Shown here: positions 1-7,138 of the stretch, one piece after another
How positions within the stretch are numbered: position 1 is the first letter of the stretch
Layout of the letters: the number at the start of each line of letters is the position of its first letter
Source of the DNA: Candidatus Latescibacterota bacterium
GTDB lineage: Bacteria > Latescibacterota > UBA2968 > UBA8231
DNA: 64,000 nucleotides
Direction: 5' to 3'
NCBI GenBank assembly: GCA_965248265.1
Contig: CBDFJF010000002.1
Location: 2,048,001 to 2,112,000 of the forward strand
Notes under the pieces: model-generated
Databases searched by the model: none
What the model was told of the DNA's origin: nothing
The model's input: the letters and a program-made list of their open reading frames with translations, nothing else
Translations under genes and position numbers: made by a program

Positions 1-450
1 TTCGCCATCGAAATGCCACCCTTGCGAAGGCGTCGAGAAGACATAGGTGAGCTAGCAGAGTTTTTTGTAGCACGATTTGCGGAACATCTGAATCAACGGC
101 CGCCCAAGATCTCCAGCGACGCGATGAAGATCCTAACTGGATATGAGTGGCCTGGCAACGTGCGCGAGCTGGAGCACATGATGCAACGAGCTGTCTTGTT
201 GGCGAAAAGTGACGTCATCCAGTTAGCCCATCTTCCTAGTGTTGCTGAAGAACAGATTGCAGATCAAGGTAGCCTCGTGATACAGCCTTGGGCTGCCCAC
301 GAGCGTCGCTATCTTGAGCAAGTTCTCGACCAAACAGAAGGTGTTATTTATGGTGACAACGGGGCGGCAGCCCTATTGGAAATCCATCCGAATACACTGA
401 GAAGCAGGCTAAACAAGCTTGGCATAAAGGTAAGAAAGAAAAAAGAGTAA
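1..450 (+). CDS. Sigma54-dependent enhancer-binding protein (Fis-type HTH), C-terminal part; begins before the window
   Basis: Frame is open from base 1 (FAIEMPPLRRRREDI). It contains YEWPGNVRELEH and a C-terminal HTH GAAALLEIHPNTLRSRLNKLG. Confidence 0.93.
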   Translation, partial: FAIEMPPLRRRREDIGELAEFFVARFAEHLNQRPPKISSDAMKILTGYEWPGNVRELEHMMQRAVLLAKSDVIQLAHLPSVAEEQIADQGSLVIQPWAAHERRYLEQVLDQTEGVIYGDNGAAALLEIHPNTLRSRLNKLGIKVRKKKE

Positions 451-469
451 CACCTCGTGTTGACCTGGG

Positions 470-600
470 TCACGGCATATGGTGATTCACGAGGTTGAGC
501 ACGAAATATCGTGCACACTCTTCCGCGAGTGTATCCTGTAGATAGTTCAGTAGGTTGCTAAAAGAATTTGTATAGTAAGGTCACGACATTTCGTGACCTT
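470..600. promoter_or_regulatory. Three palindromic putative bEBP binding sites (CACGA-N4-TCGTG)
   Basis: TCACGGcataTGGTGA 470-485 (degenerate), GCACGAaataTCGTGC 499-514, AAGGTCACGAcattTCGTGACCTT 577-600 (perfect 10-bp arms). Confidence 0.75.
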
Positions 601-693
601 CGCTCTGGTCCGGTTCATACCCATTTTGTCAGTTTCATGGCAACCGTTTGTTTTGGCTCATCTTGCGATGATTCTCCTCACAATCAGCTTGGT

Positions 694-709
694 TGGCCCA
701 ATCCTTGCA
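694..709 (+). promoter_or_regulatory. Sigma54 (-24/-12) promoter
   Basis: TGGCCCAATCCTTGCA matches TGGC-N7-TTGCA with exact GG-N10-GC spacing. It lies just upstream of the ATG at 747. Confidence 0.8.
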
Positions 710-746
710 ATATCGGCAACCAAACCAATGAGAAAGTGAGGATTCG

Positions 747-1466
747 ATGCGCCCCAAAATCATCATTGCAGATAGTGAACTAGATTACTTGCCAAACGTC
801 AGGACTGGAATCCTGGCTGGCTGCCACTTCGTCCGTGCAGCAAGCGAAGACGATGTGATGACTGAAATGCATGCTGCACCCGGCGCATGTCTTCTCTTGA
901 TCGATTCTGGCAGAACCGAAGACAGTTCTTCAAAGCTGCTACGGAGAATCAAGGAGAAAGGGCGTCGCAGCAGCAAGGTGGTTTGCACTGCCGAGAATCC
1001 AACTGTTGAGCTTGTTATCGCCGCTTTTAAGGACGGCGCTTGTGATTTCATCCCAAAGCCAGCTTCACACAGCGAGGTGCTTTCCACCGTTCAAGCTCTG
1101 GTCCATTCCGCCGAAAGAATGCCGAGTTACTGGGCGCGTCGACTCGACGCATATCTGATTGACAACTTGTCCAATCCCGATCTCAACCTCGCATTCTTGC
1201 AAACACACTTCGCCGTGTCGAAGAGTTATCTTTCAAAGCTCTTCAGGTCTGAGATCGGCGTGCCATTTCGAGACCGGTTGATGAGATTCCGAATGCTAAA
1301 AGCAGCTAAGCTTATCGAAACTACGGACCATCCGATCTACCTGGTTTCATACCATTGTGGATTCCGAAGTCAATGTCGGCTTACTGAGGCATTTACGCGT
1401 TATCATGGACTCGGGCCTCGAAGATATCGTGAGGCACACAGATCTCAATTTTCTCGTTCAAACTAG
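747..1466 (+). CDS. Response regulator with receiver domain and AraC-type HTH (YesN-like)
   Basis: N-terminal REC-like features (IIIADSE, LLLIDSG, AFKDGACDFIPKP). C-terminal AraC motif (SYLSKLFRSEIG...RMLKAAKLI...CGF...FTRYHGLGPRRYR). Confidence 0.88.
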   Translation: MRPKIIIADSELDYLPNVRTGILAGCHFVRAASEDDVMTEMHAAPGACLLLIDSGRTEDSSSKLLRRIKEKGRRSSKVVCTAENPTVELVIAAFKDGACDFIPKPASHSEVLSTVQALVHSAERMPSYWARRLDAYLIDNLSNPDLNLAFLQTHFAVSKSYLSKLFRSEIGVPFRDRLMRFRMLKAAKLIETTDHPIYLVSYHCGFRSQCRLTEAFTRYHGLGPRRYREAHRSQFSRSN

Positions 1467-1581
1467 AAGCACCCCAAGGGGATCTCTCTCTGTAATTGGT
1501 TGCTCGACGTTTCCTCCCGTCGTACCTTTGCGGAATGACCGCATTTGCAAGGCCAATTCGCATTAGGCAGACGACGAATAC

Positions 1582-4500
1582 ATGATGAAACCCGAGGCTC
1601 GTCCATACCACAGGGGGATATGGGAGCACTTTACAGTGCAGGACGGCCTTCCAGACATGAAGGTCGAATGCGTGTACGAGGACTCAAGGGGGGTGCTCTG
1701 GGTGGGAACGCACAACCGCGGATTGGTCCGGTACGATGGGGATGACTTTCAAGCGTTTACTACCAGAGAGGGTCTTTCTGGAGACGGAGTTTACAGCATA
1801 ATTGAGGATGAATCCGGAACGCTATGGATTGCAACCGATCGCGGTTTATCAACTTTCGACCAGGAGAATTTCCACAATGTCGATGTTGGTGTTGACTGTG
1901 GTTTCCTCTGGGGTGTTGACAGGGATGCTAAAGGCAATTTGTGGTTCGGGCTGCAACGCCGGCCAGGTTTACCTCCTGCGGTCTGCCGGGTAACAGAAAA
2001 TGATTGCAACATTGTTGTTGTGGACGAGACCGACGAGGCATCAGGGACAAGCATCCATTGCATCAGGACCAATCCAGAGGGCAATGTTTGGGTCGGCGGA
2101 CAGTCGGGATTGTATGAAAGCGAGTTTGATGGACGTTTTTCCCCTCTGAAGCAAGAATGGGACGTTTACGTCGTCGGCGACATACTCCCGACGGGGTCAA
2201 AGGGTATGTTGGTTGCAGCATACAACGGTTTGTGGCGGTTGGGGGATGGGGCTGCTGAGCATTTGCTTGCTGAAAGCGATAGTGGTCCAGTTTCATTAGC
2301 CCACGTTGATGATGATGTCTTCATGGTTTGTACGTATGACGGGCGCTTGCTTCGCGTTCTTGGGGACGAGGTGCAGCTGATTCACCATCTGAATTCCGTC
2401 CACACGGGAGGATTTGTATTTGATAGTGAGGGAAGATTGTGGATAGGTACGTATGGGTTGGGTCTGTACTGCTATGACGAAACCAGGCTTCAGATAACGC
2501 GGATGGACAGTGTTTCACCCAGCGCCTCAGTTACCTGCTTGAACACCGACTCCCACGGCGAGTTGGTTCTGGGCACTCGCCAAGGGGTGTTTGCTCTTGG
2601 TGATGCTGGTTTTTCGGCTCTCCGTAAATCTGAAACGCTTTCGAATGCCGAGATTACAGGTGTGCTGTTCGATAGTTCAGACCAATTGTGGTTGGGTACG
2701 CGCAATGGTTGGATTTACAGCCGCATTCAAGGGACGCTCAACCAGCATGAACTCGATCCGGCATTCCTCGGTTACAGTATTGATGCATTGGTAGAAGACA
2801 ACCATGGGCGAATATGGTATGGATCTCGGAGTGGGCAGGGGTTCGGCTGCATAGCTGATGGGAAGTCGGAGTTTTTTCCACCTGGTGGGAATGCCAATTA
2901 CCCATCTTGGGTGCGGGCAATTGCACGAGATCGATTGGGTGGGATGTGGCTCGGTTCTGCTTCTCCAGGGGATTGGGATGGGATTTCCAGGTACCGGGAA
3001 GGGGAGTTTGAGCAGATAAACGGGTTTTCAGGAGCAGCAATTCTGTCTCTTATGGAAGATCGCGACGGACGTATGTGGGTGGGCACGAACGAAGGCTTGA
3101 CCTGCATAGATGAAGACTATCTCATGACCTTCACGCAGAGTGACGGACTCTCATGTGAGATTGTAACGTCAATATTTCAAGCACGGAATGGGGTGTTGTG
3201 GATTGGCACTGATGGGGGCGGAATCAGCTGCTACGATGGTCAGGTGTTTCAGGCTTGGCGCGTGCCTCACGATCCAGCATGTAACGTCATTCACGATATT
3301 GCTGAAGGGCGAGATGGTGTAATCTGGTTTGCATCTGAAGGTGGTCTTATAAGGTACGAAGCAGGCCAGACGAAACCCACTGTTGATGTCGTTGAAGTCA
3401 TCGCAGATATAGCGTACCCCGTGCCTTCAGAGGTGCAGTTCCCGACGACGGTTGGAAGGATGACATTGCGATTCCGTGGAGTTAGTTCTTGCGACAGGGC
3501 GGAACACCTTGTTTACAGATATCAACTTCATGGTTACGAGAATGACTGGCAGCAAACAAAGAGTGGTCAGGTTGAGTACTATAAGTTGCAGCCTGGAGAG
3601 TACGTCTTCTACGTCCAGGCGGTTGACAGAGATTTGAACTACTCCAAACGCGCTGAGGTGCAGGTCGTAGTAACTGAAGACCCTCGTATCGAGGCTCTGA
3701 ATGATGCTCTTCGTGCAGAGGGTGCCAACGGTGAGTTCATTGGGAATAGTACGGCGCTAAGTGAGGTCAAAAGGCAAATTCGGGAGGTTGCTTGGACCGA
3801 TTTGACAGTGTTAGTGCTTGGAGAGACCGGCACCGGCAAGGGATTAGCGGCACGCGCGATTCATGATTCCAGTGAGCGCAACGAGCAACCGTTTATTCAC
3901 GTCAACTGCGGGGCTTTGCAGCACGGGCTCGTCGATAGCGAGTTGTTTGGGCACGAACGAGGAGCTTTCACTGGAGCTATCACTAGAAAGCTAGGGAAGT
4001 TCGAGTTGGCAGACAAAGGGACCATTTTTCTCGACGAAATTGGTGACCTCCCACTTGAGTCTCAAACGAGGTTGTTGCGGGTCTTGCAGGATCGCTGCAT
4101 TGAACGGGTAGGAGGCACCCAAACACTATCAATTGATGTAAGGGTGATCGCTGCTACAAATCGAGATCTCGTTGGTGCTGTGCGCGGAGAGAAGTATCGT
4201 GCTGATCTCTATTATCGGCTGAACGTGTTTCCTATTCGAATACCTGCACTCCGGGAGCGACAAGAGGATACGCCTCAGTTGGCTGGGCATTTCGTGAAAC
4301 GTTTCGCTGCCCATTTGAACCAAACCGCTCCGCGCATCAGTGATGCTGCCATGCAAATGTTGATGTCATACAGCTGGCCCGGGAACGTGCGCGAACTAGA
4401 GCATGTTGTGCAGCGAGCAGTGATTCTGGCGAAGGAGCAACAAATTGAACCTGTTCATATCGGCATTGGTCCTCCAGCGACGATAGTTCAAAGTGAGGAT

Positions 4501-4690
4501 CTGGCAGAGTTCCTCCCTCTACGGGAGCACGAAAAGCGCTATCTGGCGAAGGTGCTTGAGTTTACGGGGGGGGGTAATCCATGGGAAGCGCGGTGCTGCG
4601 CAATTGCTGAATATCAAACCCACAACCCTGCGGAGTCGACTTGAGAAATTGGGATTGATGAAAACCAAGCGCGTAGCGAAAACCAACTAA
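1582..4690 (+). CDS. Sigma54 enhancer-binding protein with N-terminal two-component-regulator beta-propeller and Y_Y_Y domains; HTH frameshifted at a G9 tract (4566-4574)
   Basis: Repeated EDxxGxLWIGT blades, YRYQLHGYENDW (Y_Y_Y), GETGTGKG, ELFGHERGAFTGA, FLDEIGD, WPGNVRELEH. The main ORF ends at 4644. The HTH (GVIHGKRGAAQLLNIKPTTLRSRLEKLG) is in another frame ending at 4690. Confidence 0.92.
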
Positions 4691-4723
4691 CATAGTGGCA
4701 ACCCATCAGAGCCGAAGCATTTG

Positions 4724-4850
4724 TTACGATATGTCGTAAAATCAACATTCGTTACTATATATCGTAAGTTATTACGTAACATGTTGACATGTATTCAATT
4801 ACACTAGAAAAAGGGATGTATGCCATAGAGTAATTTACGACATGTCGTAG
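4724..4850. promoter_or_regulatory. Three palindromic putative bEBP binding sites (TTACGA-N4-TCGTAA)
   Basis: TTACGAtatgTCGTAA 4724-4739, TTACTAtataTCGTAA 4752-4767, TTACGAcatgTCGTAG 4835-4850, all in an AT-rich intergenic region. Confidence 0.78.
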
Positions 4851-4949
4851 TTCCCAGGGGGGCATAATACTACATCTCGCCTTGGTTAATATCGTATAAC
4901 TCATTGTTAATAAGTCGTTTGAGGTATTCCTCAGGCGACTTTTTTTGTT

Positions 4950-4965
4950 TGGCATACATCTTGAT
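4950..4965 (+). promoter_or_regulatory. Sigma54-like (-24/-12) promoter of the peptide operon
   Basis: TGGCATACATCTTGAT has correct spacing, with GA rather than GC at -12. Its distance from the third palindrome matches the first promoter. Confidence 0.65.
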
Positions 4966-5032
4966 ATAACACAATTAGACGAAGCGACATTCGCTAAGCG
5001 GTTAAGGCAGGTCCATCTCTTAGGAGGAAATC

Positions 5033-5251
5033 ATGAGTTTCAGATCGATAGCTGACTGGTGTGCGAAAGGTATGGCAGTAGTTGGTGCAGTTGCTTTGGC
5101 GGGCAGCGTTGGCGCAGAAGCATCCTCACATGAGGCGGCGTTGAGCCAAGACTCCTCGCTCTATGTGCCTCAAGCAGATGTCTCAGTTGGGTACGTGGTA
5201 GCAGGTGATTTCGATTCTGATGGCGGCGGGAATCCGCCTAAGCCTGAGTAA
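5033..5251 (+). CDS. 72-aa small protein with predicted Sec signal peptide; candidate precursor peptide, copy 1
   Basis: Strong RBS AGGAGG at 5022-5027. Hydrophobic stretch AVVGAVALAGSVGA-EA. Silent-biased divergence from copy 2. Confidence 0.88.
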   Translation: MSFRSIADWCAKGMAVVGAVALAGSVGAEASSHEAALSQDSSLYVPQADVSVGYVVAGDFDSDGGGNPPKPE

Positions 5252-5275
5252 CACTGAATCTTCTCGAATCTCACC

Positions 5276-5350
5276 GTGTTAGATGTTCTGCGCCTGCAGG
5301 TCGGGCGAAAACTGTTACGATTTTCGCGGACAGGTGGGTCCATCTCTTAG
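5276..5350 (+). pseudogene. Duplicated 5' remnant of the glycosyltransferase gene
   Basis: GTG-started MLDVLRLQVGRKLLRFSRTGGSIS* versus MLDALRQQVGRKLLRWG at 5609. Confidence 0.8.
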
Positions 5351-5359
5351 GAGGAAATC

Positions 5360-5578
5360 ATGAGTTTCAGATCGATAGCTGACTGGTGTGCGAAGGGTTT
5401 GGCAGTAGTTGGTGCAGTCGCTTTGGCAGGTAGCGTTGGGGCAGAAGCATCCTCACATGAGGCGGCGTTGAGCCAAGACTCCTCGCTCTATGTGCCTCAA
5501 GCAGATGTCTCGGTTGGGTACGTGGTAGCAGGTGATTTCGATTCCGATGGCGGCGGGAATCCGCCTAAGCCTGAGTAA
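5360..5578 (+). CDS. 72-aa small protein with predicted Sec signal peptide; candidate precursor peptide, copy 2
   Basis: Same RBS. Protein identical to copy 1 except M14L. Confidence 0.88.
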   Translation: MSFRSIADWCAKGLAVVGAVALAGSVGAEASSHEAALSQDSSLYVPQADVSVGYVVAGDFDSDGGGNPPKPE

Positions 5579-5984
5579 CCGACGGCTTAATCTTCTTCGG
5601 TATCTACCGTGTTAGATGCTCTGCGCCAGCAGGTTGGGCGAAAACTGCTAAGATGGGGCAGGCAGTTGCATCAATATTCGACGGCGCTTGATCTGCGGCG
5701 CGAGCATCTTACGGTCCTTGTCTTCTTCCACGGATACTCTCTCGCTCACACAATCAGGCCTCTCGTAGTCGCTCGCTCGTTGCGCGACCGAGGTTATCAG
5801 GTCGTTCTGGCCGGACGTGGACCTCATGCGGTTCGCATTCGGGAGGAAGGCTTTCGTGTGTACGATGTGGAAACGCTCCCGCAGGACAGGATGGATCAGT
5901 TCGTCGCTCGTGGCGACTACATGTACTATGACTATGAATGGGTGGATAGATGCGTTTGATACTCCCCCGGAAAAATGGACACCG

Positions 5985-6854
5985 TCAAGCAGCAAGTTTG
6001 GTTGAATGCTGCTCGAATGCTGCGGGTGTTGCGTAATCCAGGGTGGAATGACTCCTTTCTCGATTGTAAAAAATCTCGATGTAGTCGAACAGGCTGCGAT
6101 ACGCGGCCCGGTAGTTGAGCCAGTGTTCGTGGTAGGTCAACTCGGTCTTGAGCAGATGGAAGAAGGACTCAGCCACGGCGTTATCCCAGCAGTCGCCCTT
6201 ACGGCTCATACTCTGCACAAAGCCGTGTTTGCTGACCCAGTTAGTGAACGCGGTGCAGGCGTATTGAACGCCGCGATCGGAATGGATGATCAGACCCCTC
6301 GGCGGACGACGTTGAGCTACAGCCCGCTGCAGCGCGACCAGCGCCACGCGGTGATCCAGTGCCGAGCTCAACGCCCAACCCACCACGCGCCTGGAGTACA
6401 GGTCGATGACGACGACCAAATACAACCAGCCGCGACCGACGCTGAGGTAGGTCAGGTCGCTGACCCACACTTGATTGGGGCGCTGTGCGGTGAAATCGCG
6501 CTGCAAACGGTTCGGCGCCACCGCAAATCGATGTTGCGAGTTGGTCGTCACCTTGAAACGGCGTCGCACAATCGAACGCAGACCCAACACACGCATGCGC
6601 CGTGCAACGCGATTCTCGCCCACCTGCCAGCCTCCGTCTATCAGGGCGCGGGTGATCTTTGGGCTACCGGAGCGCCGCTTGCTGGCTTCAAACAACTTGT
6701 TGATCTCGACATCCAGTCGCCGAGTCTGCTCAGCTCGAGGACTGATCGGGCGCTGCTGCCAGGCGTAGAAACCGCTACGCGACACCCGCAGCACGCGACA
6801 CAACATAGTGACCGGGTACATCGCCTTCTCCACCTCGATGAAGCGATACCTCAT
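5985..6854 (-). CDS. IS3-family transposase OrfB (rve/DDE integrase core)
   Basis: PNQVWVSDLTY, LVVVIDLYSRRVVGW, HSDRGVQY, SMSRKGDCWDNAVAESFF, YIEIFYNRER. Confidence 0.97.
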   Translation of the reverse strand: MRYRFIEVEKAMYPVTMLCRVLRVSRSGFYAWQQRPISPRAEQTRRLDVEINKLFEASKRRSGSPKITRALIDGGWQVGENRVARRMRVLGLRSIVRRRFKVTTNSQHRFAVAPNRLQRDFTAQRPNQVWVSDLTYLSVGRGWLYLVVVIDLYSRRVVGWALSSALDHRVALVALQRAVAQRRPPRGLIIHSDRGVQYACTAFTNWVSKHGFVQSMSRKGDCWDNAVAESFFHLLKTELTYHEHWLNYRAAYRSLFDYIEIFYNRERSHSTLDYATPAAFEQHSTKLAA

Positions 6855-7138
6855 CTGGACTCGTTGGCGAAGAAGGCCGCCGCCTTTTTTAGGATATCTC
6901 GTTCCTGGGACACCCGCGCCAGCTCACGCCGCAAACGGCGGACCTCCTCGTCGTGATCACCTAAATGGCCGGTACCTGGGAAGGCTTCATCTCCTTGGAC
7001 CTTCAATTCTCTCTTCCAACGACTGATAATGCCTGCACTTAAACCCAATCGTTGCTCGACCCCTCGGGCCGATACCCCTTCTTCTGCGGCCAGGCGAATG
7101 GCCTCGAGCTTAAACTCACGATCATACTTGCGTGACAT
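6851..7138 (-). CDS. IS3-family transposase OrfA (HTH)
   Basis: MSRKYDREFKLEAIRL...LRRELARVSQERDILKKAAAFFA. GGAGG RBS. AAAAAAG -1 frameshift motif at 6884-6890 and ATGA overlap with orfB. Confidence 0.95.
   Translation of the reverse strand: MSRKYDREFKLEAIRLAAEEGVSARGVEQRLGLSAGIISRWKRELKVQGDEAFPGTGHLGDHDEEVRRLRRELARVSQERDILKKAAAFFANESR

Larger units (their letters stand above)
5010..5653 (+). repeat. Tandem duplication (offset 327 bp at gene start) of RBS, small peptide gene and the first codons of the downstream GT gene
   Basis: GGTCCATCTCTTAGGAGGAAATCATGAGTTTCAG at 5010 and 5337. The GTGTTAGATG.TCTGCGCC.GCAGGT.GGGCGAAAACTG sequence follows both copies. Confidence 0.97.

Noticed and set aside
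654-666. TGGCTCATCTTGC as another sigma54 promoter
   Set aside because: GG-to-GC spacing is 2 nt too short, and sigma54 spacing is strict.
568-783. 71-aa ORF in the first intergenic region
   Set aside because: It overlaps the palindromes and sigma54 promoter, has a TTG start and no recognisable protein features.
4564-4583. GGGNP in the frameshifted activator tail resembling the peptide's GGGNPP
   Set aside because: A short coincidence produced by the poly-G frameshift.
6006-6956. 316-aa plus-strand ORF
   Set aside because: Antisense shadow of the IS3 transposase.
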